DNA of 64,000 nucleotides from a bacterium. GTDB lineage: Bacteria; UBA8248; JACPRG01; G963555815. The notes beneath the pieces were generated by a model. It worked only from the letters and a program-made list of their open reading frames with translations. It searched no databases and was not told the DNA's origin. Within the stretch, counting starts at the first letter, position 1, and each line of letters begins with the position of its first letter. Positions 29,720 through 39,874 of the stretch are shown here, piece by piece. A program made the translations under genes and the position numbers. Location of the stretch: positions 96,001 through 160,000 of the forward strand of contig CBDHDG010000007.1 of NCBI GenBank assembly GCA_965261595.1, written 5' to 3'.

Positions 29720-30571
29720 ATGGAAATCCACCTGCTTTTCGGACTGATGGCCGCCGCCGGTTTATACCTCCTGGTCTATTGGATCGCCCAATTTCGATGG
29801 GAGAGGTCCAAGGCCAGGGCCGCGCGCCCGATGTTCACCTACGCCGGGTGGATCCAACCCGCGAGACCATACCGCCGCCGGGGCCGCAAAGCGCGGCGCT
29901 GGATATCGGCCGGAATGGGGATGGCGGTCCTGGCAAGCATGTGGATGCCTGCCCCTGCCAACGCCAACGAATTCAACCTGGCGGACCGCTTGCTGAAAAA
30001 CCTCAGCGCCCTGAACCGCATGCAGACGCAAGGGGCCGCCATCCTCATTCCGGCCGAGCTTCGGCGGGCCCATGAGGCGCACGAACGGGCCATGCGCCAC
30101 GCGCGGAGCATCGTCAAACTCCGCGCCTTCCAGGCGGCCCTGCGGGACCGGAAGGAGACGGCCCGGCGCAACAAACGGGTGGAAACCCTGAATTCCCTGA
30201 ACCGCTGGGCCCGGCTCGAGGTCATCGAGCACGACAGCGCCGGTGTCGCGATCTGTGAGGAGGTCGACGCCGTCGTCCAGCGGTTCGCCATCCTGCGCCA
30301 GGTCCGGTGGATGCTCCGGCAGAACGGGTATGACGCGCCGGATTTGACCGGACCCGAAGTCTCCGGCGCGTTCCGCGGGCGCGTCAAGGCGGTCGCGGCT
30401 TCCGTGAGGGAAATCACGGGGGCGTTCAAGCGGATGGCGGCCGGGGACGAAGGCCCGGGGGACAATGATGATTCCCGCCGCGCCGCGCGAATCAGGGTGA
30501 AGACAGCGGCCCTGCGGGTCCACCGGACCGAGCGTCCGGACCTGTATCCACTGACGGCTTCCAGGCGCTGA
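29720..30571 (+). CDS. Hypothetical membrane-anchored protein
   Basis: Two N-terminal hydrophobic segments, GC3-rich codons, GGGAG SD. Confidence 0.7.
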   Translation: MEIHLLFGLMAAAGLYLLVYWIAQFRWERSKARAARPMFTYAGWIQPARPYRRRGRKARRWISAGMGMAVLASMWMPAPANANEFNLADRLLKNLSALNRMQTQGAAILIPAELRRAHEAHERAMRHARSIVKLRAFQAALRDRKETARRNKRVETLNSLNRWARLEVIEHDSAGVAICEEVDAVVQRFAILRQVRWMLRQNGYDAPDLTGPEVSGAFRGRVKAVAASVREITGAFKRMAAGDEGPGDNDDSRRAARIRVKTAALRVHRTERPDLYPLTASRR

Positions 30572-30665
30572 GACAACCGCAGCTCCCCCTGCGGCCTCGG
30601 CATATCCGGGGGGCGGCGCCCGACTCCCTGCCGGCGCCGCCCCTTTTCATTCTCGGGAGACGCAC

Positions 30666-30896
30666 ATGATGAAGGAACAGGCGGCTCTACAGTACAATAG
30701 GTGCGACTACGAGGTCGGAACAAGCCGGAAAGGCGTCGCCGGGCGGTGGAGGTTCAACCTCAAAATCTCGAAGGATGGAAAAACCGTCTTCGAGTACGAC
30801 GGCCCGCCGGAATTCCTGACTTCAACGGTGGCGGAAAACGTCGGCGTGAGACACGCGAGAACTTGGATCAACGCGTACTTGCGCAAGTATCGGTAA
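30666..30896 (+). CDS. Small hypothetical protein
   Basis: 76 aa with GGGAG SD and plausible composition. Confidence 0.6.
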   Translation: MMKEQAALQYNRCDYEVGTSRKGVAGRWRFNLKISKDGKTVFEYDGPPEFLTSTVAENVGVRHARTWINAYLRKYR

Positions 30897-31185
30897 GCGG
30901 CGGAACCCGCCAGGAGAAGGATCCTCCGCCCTCGCGCTGGGCCTTGAAAGCTTGGCCATGCTTGGGTTGGGTGTCTGATGGGTTGCGCCGGTCGGCTCTC
31001 ACCCCCCGCCGACTTGGGTCTTCGACCCACACGGAAGAGTCCAAAAAACGCCCGCACACGCAAACCGCAAATGTCCGCTCGTCTCGAATCCCAATCGATC
31101 CCGCATATATAATGATTCCCGACCCGCCGCGGGCGCCTCCCGGAACTTTCTCCCGGCCGGAGAATAAGAAGAGGATAGAAAAAGG

Positions 31186-32799
31186 ATGTTCCTCGGGTCC
31201 ATCGCGAAGAAGATCTTCTGGGGATACCTGACGGTCATCCTCCTGGCCGTCGGTCTGAGCCTGTACGCCATCGTTCGTCTCCAGGCCATGAGCGAATTGA
31301 CCGCCTCCATCCTGCGGACGGACTTGGACCTCATCACCCAGACCAGGCGTCTGCGGGGCGACCTGCTCGCCCAGGTCCGGAGCGAAAAACAGTTCGGGGT
31401 CACCGCAGACCCGGATTACATGACCCTCGCGCGCAAAAAGGGCGCGGAGATCCGCTCCCGGACCCGGATGCTCCTGGACCGGAAGCTTCCCCCCCGGCTG
31501 AAGCAGCCCCTGGCCTTTTTCACCGATCAGCACAGCGATTACGAACAGACGCTCGAGCTTCTGGCGGCCAAAGGAAAATCCGGGACGGGACGAAGCGGTC
31601 TCCGCTCCGGCGCGGCCGATATCAAGGCCCGCCTGAACGGGTATTTCGACTCGATGCGGGGCCAACTGGCCGACCTGCTGTCGGCCGCGGAAGCCCAGGC
31701 GAATCAGCGGACGGCCGAATCCAACGCCATGGCCCGCCGGGCGAGTCAGGTTTTGCTCGGGCTCTGTGTCGCCGCGGCGGTGGCGGCGCTGCTCATCGCC
31801 TGGTGGATGGCCCGCCGCATCGGCCGCCCGCTCAAGGCCCTGCGAGGAGGGACCTTCCGCGTCGCCCAGGGCGATTTCGACCATCCCGTTCCCGAATCGG
31901 GCGACGATGAGCTGGCGCACCTGGCCCGGTCCTTCAACCGGATGGCCGTTCGGCTGCGTTCCCTCGACCAAACCAAGGCCGAGTTCTTTTCCGCGATCTC
32001 CCATGAGCTGCGCATCCCCATGACATCGGTCCGGGAGGCCCATCAACTCATGCTCGACGGCATTCCGGGCCCGCTGACCGCCGAGCAGTCCAAACTCCTG
32101 CGGATCGCCCGGGAGGGAAACGACAAGATCCTTCGCCTCATCGACGACCTGCTGAAGCTGGCGAAGCTCGAGGCCGACATGATGAAGCTCAACCTGAGCC
32201 CCTGGCGGATGGAGGCGCTGATCGACGCCGCGGTCGAGGAGATCCGGCCCATCGCCCTCCAAGCCTCCGTCAGTCTCCGGAAGGATCTGGATGGGAACCT
32301 CCCCCTCATGAAGGTGGACGGCGTCAAGATCCAGGGGGTCCTGACGAACCTGCTCAGCAACGCCGTCAAGTTCACCCCGCCGGGCGGCGAGGTCCGCGTC
32401 CGCGCGGGCTTGCGCCGAGCCCCGGCTTCGGCGGACGAGGTGCTGCGGGTCTCGGTCTCGGACACCGGAACGGGGATCGCCGGGGAAAACCTGGAACGGA
32501 TCTTCGACAAATTCTACCGGGCGGAGGACGCGGCCAGCCGACAGGGCTCCGGCCTGGGACTGCCCATCGCCAAGCGGATGGTCGAAAACCACGGAGGCCG
32601 CATCTGGGCCGAATCGCGGACGGCGGACACGGACGGGCCGGAAGGCGGCGGCCGGCGGCCCGGCAGCACGCTCCATTTCGAGATCCCCGTCGAGGAATCG
32701 CCCGCTTCGGGAGAAAACGGCCGCCCCGGGACGAAACCCCTGAGCGCGTCGGGAGCGGCCCGGCATCATGGGGGCGGAGGCGACCCCTCTCCAGGTTGA
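31186..32799 (+). CDS. HAMP-domain sensor histidine kinase (GlrK/QseE-like)
   Basis: 2 TM, DELAHLARSFN HAMP, ISHELRIP H-box, NLLSNAVKF, DTGTGI, GSGLGL. Confidence 0.93.
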   Translation: MFLGSIAKKIFWGYLTVILLAVGLSLYAIVRLQAMSELTASILRTDLDLITQTRRLRGDLLAQVRSEKQFGVTADPDYMTLARKKGAEIRSRTRMLLDRKLPPRLKQPLAFFTDQHSDYEQTLELLAAKGKSGTGRSGLRSGAADIKARLNGYFDSMRGQLADLLSAAEAQANQRTAESNAMARRASQVLLGLCVAAAVAALLIAWWMARRIGRPLKALRGGTFRVAQGDFDHPVPESGDDELAHLARSFNRMAVRLRSLDQTKAEFFSAISHELRIPMTSVREAHQLMLDGIPGPLTAEQSKLLRIAREGNDKILRLIDDLLKLAKLEADMMKLNLSPWRMEALIDAAVEEIRPIALQASVSLRKDLDGNLPLMKVDGVKIQGVLTNLLSNAVKFTPPGGEVRVRAGLRRAPASADEVLRVSVSDTGTGIAGENLERIFDKFYRAEDAASRQGSGLGLPIAKRMVENHGGRIWAESRTADTDGPEGGGRRPGSTLHFEIPVEESPASGENGRPGTKPLSASGAARHHGGGGDPSPG

Positions 32800-32821
32800 T
32801 CGCCCGCCGGCCGTCTGCGCC

Positions 32822-32851
32822 TTGACATCCTCAAGACCCGAAACTTAGAAT
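32822..32851 (+). promoter_or_regulatory. Sigma70-type promoter of the folD operon
   Basis: TTGACA-18 nt-TAGAAT. Confidence 0.6.
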
Positions 32852-32898
32852 TTCAATCCTGACCGCGCCGTTGCTCGCTTCAATTTCCAAGGAAAATC

Positions 32899-33771
32899 AT
32901 GTCTGCGCAAATCCTGAGCGGGAAAGAAATCGGCCAGTCCATCCGCGACCGGCTCAAGGTCGAGATTGACGAGATCCTTGATACGGGCGCGCCCAAACCC
33001 CGGCTGACCGTCGTCCTCGTCGGCGACGATCCCGCCTCGCACGTCTACGTCCGGAACAAGCAGAGGGCCTGCGAAAATGCGGGGATCGACACGGAGGATG
33101 AAAGGCCCTCCGCCGACATCTCCCCCGACGCGCTCATCGCCCTGGTCGACCGGCTCAACGAAGACCCGGCCGTCAACGGCGTCCTCGTCCAACTCCCCCT
33201 GCCCGATCACATCGACGAGGCGGCCGTCCTCGAACAAATCCGGCCGGAGAAGGACGTGGACGGTTTTCACCCGATCAATCTGGGAAAGCTGCTTCTGGGA
33301 GAAGACGCCCTCGCCCCGGCGACGCCCTCGGGCGTCATCGCCATGCTGGACCACGCCGGACTCGGGATCCAGGGGAAGAACGTCGCCATGGTGGGCCGAA
33401 GCCGGATCGTCGGCAAGCCCTTGGCGGCGATGTTCGTCAACCGCTCGGCCACCGTCACCGTCTGCCACAGCAAGACGCGCGACCTGAAGGAAGAGTGCCG
33501 CCGTGCGGACATCGTCGTCGCCGCGATCGGCCGGGCCCGGATGATCGGCGCCGACTACATCCGCGACGGCGCCGTCGTCATCGACGTGGGCATCAACCGC
33601 GTGGACGACAAACTGGTCGGCGACGTGGACTTCGACGCGGTCGTGGACAAGGCGGGCGCCATCACGCCCGTCCCCGGCGGCGTCGGACCGATGACGATCA
33701 CCATGCTTTTGCACAACACCCTGAAGGCCTACCGATTCCAGACGCGGGGAACCGGCGCCCGCGCCCTCTGA
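32899..33771 (+). CDS. folD: Methylenetetrahydrofolate dehydrogenase/cyclohydrolase
   Basis: GDDPASHVYVRNK, VQLPLP, KDVDGFHP, TPVPGGVGPMTI. Confidence 0.97.
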   Translation: MSAQILSGKEIGQSIRDRLKVEIDEILDTGAPKPRLTVVLVGDDPASHVYVRNKQRACENAGIDTEDERPSADISPDALIALVDRLNEDPAVNGVLVQLPLPDHIDEAAVLEQIRPEKDVDGFHPINLGKLLLGEDALAPATPSGVIAMLDHAGLGIQGKNVAMVGRSRIVGKPLAAMFVNRSATVTVCHSKTRDLKEECRRADIVVAAIGRARMIGADYIRDGAVVIDVGINRVDDKLVGDVDFDAVVDKAGAITPVPGGVGPMTITMLLHNTLKAYRFQTRGTGARAL

Positions 33772-33785
33772 CGGACCCCATCGCG

Positions 33786-35177
33786 ATGACCTCGCCCGAC
33801 CTGTTGGAATCCGCCAAGCGGCAGGTCTACACCGTCTCGGCCCTCACCCGGGAGATCCGCGAGCACCTGGAGACGGGCTACCCCGACGTGTGGGTGGAAG
33901 GGGAGATCTCCAACCTCCGCCGCCCCGCTTCCGGCCATCTCTACCTCACCCTGAAGGACGAAAAGGCCCAGCTTCGCACGGTCCTGTTCCGCATGGTCGC
34001 CTCGCGGCTGCGCTTCGATCTCGAGGACGGCCTCAAGGTCCTCGCGCGGGGCCGGCTCACGGTCTACGAGCCCCGGGGCGAGTACCAGCTCACGGCGGAC
34101 CACATCGAGCCGATGGGCGTCGGCCCGCTCGAGCTGGCCTTTCAGCAAACCTGCGAGCGGCTCCGGAGGGAGGGCCTGTTCGACGAAGACCGAAAGCGGC
34201 CCCTGCCCTTCTTCCCGAAACGGGTGGGGATCGTGACCTCGCCCTCGGGGGCCGCCGTGCGGGACATTCTCCGGATCCTCCACGATCGGGCGCCCGGCGT
34301 TCAGGTCCTCATCGCGCCCGTCCGCGTCCAGGGGACGGGGGCGGCGGCGGAGATCGCCGGGGCCATCGCCGACCTCAACCGGCAGGACGACGTGGACGTC
34401 ATCATCGCCGGACGCGGGGGCGGGTCCATCGAGGATCTCTGGGCCTTCAATGAAGAGGGGGTGGCGCGGGCCATCTTCGCCTCGCGAATCCCGATCATCA
34501 GCGCGGTCGGACACGAGGTCGATTTCACCGTGGCCGATTTCGTCGCGGACGCCCGCGCCCCGACGCCGACGGCGGCGGCCGAGATGGCCGTCCCGAGGAC
34601 CGCGGAGCTGAGCGCGCGCCTCAGGGAGATCGAGGGGCGGATGGCGTCCAGGGTCGGAGCCCGGGCGGAGACCCTGCGCGGGGAGCTGGATTCCCTGATG
34701 GAACGGAGGCCGTTTCGGCGGCCCCTGGACGTGTTTCACGAAAAACAACAGGAGGTGGACTTCCTGGAGGAGCGGCTCCGGGTCGCGGTCTCCCGGGAGC
34801 TGAGGGCGCGGCGCGGGGCCGTGGAGTCGGCGGGCCGGTGGCTGTGGACGGCGGCCCCGAAGGGAACCGTGGCCCGGCTCCGCCTGAGAACGGAGGGCCT
34901 CGAAGAGGCGCTCTTCCGCTCGGTGGCGCACCGGCGCCGGTGGCTCCGCGAGCGGTTCGCCTCCCTGGCCCGCCGCCTTGAGACGTCGAGCCCCCTCTCC
35001 GTCCTGGGGCGGGGATACGGAATTTGCCGCCTCCTTCCGGACCTGCGGATCTTGAAGGAGGCGTCGGCCGCTTCGGTGGGCGACAAAATCCGCGTAGACT
35101 TGGGCGCGGGGCGCCTGGTGTGCGGCGTGCGGGAGGTCCATCCGGAGGAGGGGATCGGTGAAAGAGCCAAGCTTTGA
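33786..35177 (+). CDS. xseA: Exodeoxyribonuclease VII large subunit
   Basis: VWVEGEISN, SGHLYLTLKD, RGGGSIEDLWAFNEE, VGHEVD..ADFVAD.RAPTPTAAAE. Confidence 0.97.
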   Translation: MTSPDLLESAKRQVYTVSALTREIREHLETGYPDVWVEGEISNLRRPASGHLYLTLKDEKAQLRTVLFRMVASRLRFDLEDGLKVLARGRLTVYEPRGEYQLTADHIEPMGVGPLELAFQQTCERLRREGLFDEDRKRPLPFFPKRVGIVTSPSGAAVRDILRILHDRAPGVQVLIAPVRVQGTGAAAEIAGAIADLNRQDDVDVIIAGRGGGSIEDLWAFNEEGVARAIFASRIPIISAVGHEVDFTVADFVADARAPTPTAAAEMAVPRTAELSARLREIEGRMASRVGARAETLRGELDSLMERRPFRRPLDVFHEKQQEVDFLEERLRVAVSRELRARRGAVESAGRWLWTAAPKGTVARLRLRTEGLEEALFRSVAHRRRWLRERFASLARRLETSSPLSVLGRGYGICRLLPDLRILKEASAASVGDKIRVDLGAGRLVCGVREVHPEEGIGERAKL

Positions 35178-35424
35178 GGAGGCGTTGTCGCGCCTGGAGG
35201 AGATCGTCCGGGCGCTCGAGGACGGGGATGCGGAGCTGGACCGGACCCTTTCGCTGTTCGAGGAGGGGGTGAAACTCTCCAAGCTCTGTCACAAGCGCCT
35301 GGAGTCCGCCGAGAAGAAGATCGAGCTTCTGGTCAAGAAAGAGGGCAAAAAACCGGAGCGCCGCCGGGTCGACGAACCCGGGGGAAACGGGGAGACGCTC
35401 TCCCTCCTCGACGAGGCCGAATAG
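35158..35424 (+). CDS. xseB: Exodeoxyribonuclease VII small subunit
   Basis: SFEEAL.RLEEIV..LE.G...L...L.LFEEG. Confidence 0.95.
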   Translation: MKEPSFEEALSRLEEIVRALEDGDAELDRTLSLFEEGVKLSKLCHKRLESAEKKIELLVKKEGKKPERRRVDEPGGNGETLSLLDEAE

Positions 35425-35468
35425 CCCGCGCGCTCAAGCGGAGCGGGGGGGGCTTCACGGGAGAATCG

Positions 35469-36365
35469 ATGACCGCGTTTGATCTGGACGCCTACATGCG
35501 GGAGAAAGCCGGCCGGGTGAACCGCCGGATCGAGGCCTTCCTCGACGCACCGGCCGATGAGAACGGCCTCTACGCCGCCATGCGCCACAGCCTGATGGCC
35601 GCGGGAAAGCGGCTTCGGCCCATTCTGGCGATCGCCGGGGCCGAGGCCGTGGGAGGGGACGGGGACGCCGCCCTCCCCCTCGCCGCCGCCCTGGAGCTTA
35701 TTCACACGTATTCCCTCGTCCACGACGACCTGCCGGCGATGGATGACAGCGACACCCGGCGCGGGCGTCCGACGAGCCACAAGCAGTTCGGCGAGGCGAC
35801 GGCCATCCTCACGGGCGACGCCCTCCTGACCCACGCCTTCGAAATCCTGACCGACCCCGAAAGGACGGACGGCCTGGACCCCCGGCTGATTCCAAAGGTC
35901 GTGTGCGAGGTGTCCCGCGCCATCGGGGTGGAGGGGATGATCGGCGGGCAGGCCGCTGATCTGAGATTCATGGGGGTTCAACCCGGTCCGGAAGACGTGC
36001 GGTACATCCACCACCGCAAGACCGCCGCGTTGATCCGGGTCTCCGTCTGGAGCGGGGCCGTCCTGGGCGGGGCGGACGACGAACAGGCCGGGGCCGTCAG
36101 CCGGTACGGACAGAACGTCGGCTTGGCTTTTCAGATCGTGGATGATATATTGGATGAAATGGGAGGCTCCCAACGGCTTGGAAAAACAGCGGGAAGCGAC
36201 CGGGAAGCCGGAAAGGCCACCTATCCCAAGGTCTTCGGAATCGGCGAATCCCGGAAGCTCGCGCGCGATCTCGTGGATTCAGCGCTTTCGGAGCTGGCCG
36301 CATTCGGGCAAGGGGCCGAGCCGCTTCGAAGCGTCGCGCGGTTTATTGTGGCCAGGGATTTCTGA
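35469..36365 (+). CDS. ispA: Farnesyl/geranyl diphosphate synthase
   Basis: GKRLRP, SLVHDDLPAMDD...RRG, FQIVDDILD. Confidence 0.95.
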   Translation: MTAFDLDAYMREKAGRVNRRIEAFLDAPADENGLYAAMRHSLMAAGKRLRPILAIAGAEAVGGDGDAALPLAAALELIHTYSLVHDDLPAMDDSDTRRGRPTSHKQFGEATAILTGDALLTHAFEILTDPERTDGLDPRLIPKVVCEVSRAIGVEGMIGGQAADLRFMGVQPGPEDVRYIHHRKTAALIRVSVWSGAVLGGADDEQAGAVSRYGQNVGLAFQIVDDILDEMGGSQRLGKTAGSDREAGKATYPKVFGIGESRKLARDLVDSALSELAAFGQGAEPLRSVARFIVARDF

Positions 36366-36511
36366 TCGCCATGGACCTTTTCCCTTGTGCGGATAAAACG
36401 GGCGAATCGGAGAACGAAGGCTCCCGTCTCCGCCCTTATCTCCCCCAAGTTTCTCCGGCTCGGTGTTCAGCCCTTTTCGTTCCGCATGGCTGCCAGGAGC
36501 GCTAACCGGAA

Positions 36512-38482
36512 ATGTCCGAAATCCTCAACACCATCGACAGCCCCAAAGACCTGCGCCGCCTGACGATTCCGCAGTTGGAGCAGCTGGCCGCCGAGGCCCG
36601 GGACGAGATCGTCCGCGTCACCACCACCGTCACCGGCGGGCACCTGGGCGCCAACCTTGGCTCGGTCGAGCTCACCCTGGCGCTGCACTTCGTCTTCAAC
36701 ACCCCCGAGGACCAGTTGGTCTGGGACGTCGGGCACCAGGTGTACACCCACAAGCTCGTCACCGGCCGGCGGGAGCGGTTCGAAACCATTCGCCAGTACA
36801 AGGGGCTTTACGGGTTCACCAAGCGCGGAGAAAGCCCGTACGACATCTTTACGACCGCGCACGCGGGAACGTCGATCTCCACCGCCTTCGGCCTCGCCGA
36901 AGCCCAGGACATGCGGGGGAAGGACCACCAAGTCATCGCGGTCATCGGGGACGGGGCGCTGACCTCCGGAATCGCCATGGAGGGATTGAACAACGCCGGG
37001 GCCTCGGACACGAACTTCATTCTGATCCTCAACGACAACAACATGTCCATCGCCCCCAACGTGGGCGCCTTCTCCACCTACCTGAGCCGGCTCCTCACCG
37101 GACACATCTTCGTCAGTCTTCGCAGGGAGTTCATCAAGCTCCTGAAGCAGATCCCGGCCATCGGCAACACGGCGGTCAAGGTGGCCCGGAAGCTGGAAGA
37201 GGCGGTCAAGTCCCTCGTCTCTCCGGGCATCATTTTCGAGGAGCTCGGATACAAGTACATCGGTCCGATTCGGGGCCATAACCTGGGCGCCCTGATCCAG
37301 ACCTTCGAGAACATCAAACAGTTCGAAGGCCCCCTGCTGGTTCACGTTCTGACGGAAAAGGGAAAGGGATACCGGCCGGCCGAAGAGAACCGCGTGAAGT
37401 ACCACGGGGTGTCGGCGAAGAAACCCCAGCCCCCGGGCGGGAAAAACGGCAAGGCCGCGAAGCCCGCCCCTCCCGCGCCCCCCTCCTACACCGGGGTTTT
37501 CGCAAAGACCCTGATCCGCCTCGCCGAGCGCGACGAGCGGATCATCGGCGTGACCGCCGCCATGCCCGACGGCACGGGCCTCGACAAGTTTCAAGAGGTT
37601 TACCCCGACCGCTTCTACGACGTGGGCATCGCTGAGCAGCACGGCGTGGCCTTCTGCGCGGGGCTCGCTTCAGAGGGAATGAAACCCGTCGCCGCCATCT
37701 ATTCCTCGTTCCTCCAGCGGGCCTACGATCAGATCTTTCACAACGTCTGCCTCCAGAACCTGCCCGTCACGTTCGTTCTGGACCGCGGAGGCGTTGTCGG
37801 CGAGGACGGTCCGACGCACCACGGCGTCTACGACATGACGTACCTTCGGGCCTTTCCCAACATGGTCATCATGTCCCCGATGGATGAAAACGAGCTTCAG
37901 CACATGCTGCACACGGCCATCGAGCATCCGGGTCCGGCCGCTGTCCGCTATCCCCGGGGAGGGGGCGTGGGCGTCCCGCTCGACGAGACGTTCCGCCGGC
38001 TCGATATCGGCAAGGGGGAGATCCTCCGCGACGGCGGGCACGTCGCCCTGCTGGCCATCGGCAAGACCGTCCATCCATCCTTGGAGGCGGCGGCGGTCCT
38101 GGCCGAGAAGGGAATCGAGGCGACGGTGGTCAACATGCGATTCGCCAAGCCGGTGGACGCGGAGATCATCCAGCGTCTGGCCCGCGGCGTCCGACGGCTC
38201 ATCACCCTCGAAGACCACACCCTGCCCGGCGGGTTCGGCGGCGCCGTCCTGGAGTCCCTGGCGGACCAGGGCCTGTTGCGCAACACCCGGGTCCTTCGCC
38301 TGGGGATCCCCGACACGTTCGTGCCGCACGGCGCGCCGAAGATCCTCCACAGGCTCATCGGCATCGACACCGAGAGCATCGTGGAATCGACCCGGAAATT
38401 CATCGACAACTCCCGGTTCAGCCAGCATCAACCCGAGCTTCTTAGGACGGCGCCGGATGGGGAGAAGGCGGCGGCTCGATAG
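36512..38482 (+). CDS. dxs: 1-deoxy-D-xylulose-5-phosphate synthase
   Basis: WDVGHQ.YTHK, GDGALT.G, LNDN.MSI, DVGIAEQH, DGPTHHG. Confidence 0.98.
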   Translation: MSEILNTIDSPKDLRRLTIPQLEQLAAEARDEIVRVTTTVTGGHLGANLGSVELTLALHFVFNTPEDQLVWDVGHQVYTHKLVTGRRERFETIRQYKGLYGFTKRGESPYDIFTTAHAGTSISTAFGLAEAQDMRGKDHQVIAVIGDGALTSGIAMEGLNNAGASDTNFILILNDNNMSIAPNVGAFSTYLSRLLTGHIFVSLRREFIKLLKQIPAIGNTAVKVARKLEEAVKSLVSPGIIFEELGYKYIGPIRGHNLGALIQTFENIKQFEGPLLVHVLTEKGKGYRPAEENRVKYHGVSAKKPQPPGGKNGKAAKPAPPAPPSYTGVFAKTLIRLAERDERIIGVTAAMPDGTGLDKFQEVYPDRFYDVGIAEQHGVAFCAGLASEGMKPVAAIYSSFLQRAYDQIFHNVCLQNLPVTFVLDRGGVVGEDGPTHHGVYDMTYLRAFPNMVIMSPMDENELQHMLHTAIEHPGPAAVRYPRGGGVGVPLDETFRRLDIGKGEILRDGGHVALLAIGKTVHPSLEAAAVLAEKGIEATVVNMRFAKPVDAEIIQRLARGVRRLITLEDHTLPGGFGGAVLESLADQGLLRNTRVLRLGIPDTFVPHGAPKILHRLIGIDTESIVESTRKFIDNSRFSQHQPELLRTAPDGEKAAAR

Positions 38483-39263
38483 CCTCCTCGTGGAGAGGGG
38501 TTTGGCGGCGACCCGGGAGCGCGCCCGGGCGCTTATCCTCGCCGGCGTGGTCGAGGCGGGGGGCCGCCGCGATCTCAAGCCCGGCTCCAGCCTCGACGCC
38601 GAAACCTCCATCCAAGTCACCCGCGATCCGAACCCTTACGTCAGCCGCGGCGGCCTCAAGCTGGCCCACGCCCTCGATCGGTTCGGCCTCGACGCGTCGG
38701 ACCGCGTCTGGCTGGACGTGGGGGCTTCCACCGGCGGTTTTACGCACTGTCTGCTCGAAGCCGGGGCCCGGCGGGTCATCGCACTGGATGTCGGACGGGG
38801 CCAGCTCGATTGGAGGCTCCGGACCGATCCCCGCGTCGCCCTCCTCGAAGGCGTGAACGCGCGGCGGCTCCGCGGCGAGGACCTGCCCGAATCCCCCGAC
38901 GCGGCCACGGTGGACGTCTCTTTCATCTCCCTGCGTCTGGTCGTCCCCCCCATCGCCGCCGTCCTGAAGCCGGCCGGACGCATCGTCGCCCTCGTCAAGC
39001 CGCAGTTCGAAGTCGAGAAGGGGGAGGTCGGAAAGGGGGGCGTGGTCCGCGACCCGGCAAAACACGTTGCGGTCCTGCGCGGATTGATCCGGTTTTTCCG
39101 GGAAAGGGAATTCCCCGTGACCGGTCTGACCCCCTCGCCCATCACCGGGGCCAAGGGGAACGTGGAGCACCTGATCCTGATCGATTTGGGCGCGGAGGCG
39201 CGAGGGATTTATCCGGACGAGGAGGCGATCGGCCGCACGGTCGCCGAAGCGATGGAGGCGTAA
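38457..39263 (+). CDS. tlyA: TlyA-family rRNA 2'-O-methyltransferase
   Basis: RLDSLLVERG, YVSRGGLKL, DVGASTGGFT, DVSFISL, LVKPQFE, GNVE. Confidence 0.96.
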   Translation: MGRRRRLDSLLVERGLAATRERARALILAGVVEAGGRRDLKPGSSLDAETSIQVTRDPNPYVSRGGLKLAHALDRFGLDASDRVWLDVGASTGGFTHCLLEAGARRVIALDVGRGQLDWRLRTDPRVALLEGVNARRLRGEDLPESPDAATVDVSFISLRLVVPPIAAVLKPAGRIVALVKPQFEVEKGEVGKGGVVRDPAKHVAVLRGLIRFFREREFPVTGLTPSPITGAKGNVEHLILIDLGAEARGIYPDEEAIGRTVAEAMEA

Positions 39264-39268
39264 ACCGC

Positions 39269-39874
39269 ATGACCGGATTCAGCGACCTGACGGAGCAAAC
39301 AGGGGAAACGGCCCCGGCCGGGCCGGGGGAGACGGAAGAAGGGGCGGAGAAAAGCGCCCGCGGGGTCGTCCGCCGGGCGGCCCTGGCGGCGGCCCTGGCC
39401 GGAATCTCCCCCATCCCGCTGGGGGGGATCGCCGGCGTTCCGGCGCTCCAGGCGAAGATGCTCGTGCGTTTGGCGAAGACGTTCGGCCGGACCCTGCATT
39501 GGAAAGAAGCCCGGAACCTGGCCGGTCTCCTCGGCGGAGCCACGGCCCTTCAAACGCTCTGCCGCCTGTTCACCCGGACGGCGGCCCGGGCGATTCCGGC
39601 CGCCGGCCTCGCGGCGGGAGCGGCGTCGGCCTTCGGTTCGACGTTTGCGCTCGGACAGGTGGCCATCCGGTATTTCCGCCCGGCGCCGTCCGGTTCCACC
39701 ACCTCCCCCCCCTCCCCCTCCCCCCCCGGGTCCGACGCTGAAGGATTCGAGCGGGAGGCCCGGACCTTGCGGCTCGAATGGGAAGCCGGGGCGATCTCCG
39801 AAGAAACCTACCGCCGGGACCTCGAAACCCTCCGGAAGGGACTCGACTCCGCCCGGAAAGATGCCGAGGGATGA
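39269..39874 (+). CDS. DUF697/YcjF-like membrane protein
   Basis: AAALAGISPIP..., LQAKML..LAK.FG, AIPAAG...STFALG...IRYF. Confidence 0.65.
   Translation: MTGFSDLTEQTGETAPAGPGETEEGAEKSARGVVRRAALAAALAGISPIPLGGIAGVPALQAKMLVRLAKTFGRTLHWKEARNLAGLLGGATALQTLCRLFTRTAARAIPAAGLAAGAASAFGSTFALGQVAIRYFRPAPSGSTTSPPSPSPPGSDAEGFEREARTLRLEWEAGAISEETYRRDLETLRKGLDSARKDAEG

Noticed and set aside
30950..30971. Third copy of the SDR-linked repeat (GCTTGGCCATGCTTGGGTTGGG)
   Set aside because: Only ~20 nt of gapped similarity; too short to support.
38457..39263. TlyA as a haemolysin/virulence factor
   Set aside because: Standard dxs-linked rRNA methyltransferase context.
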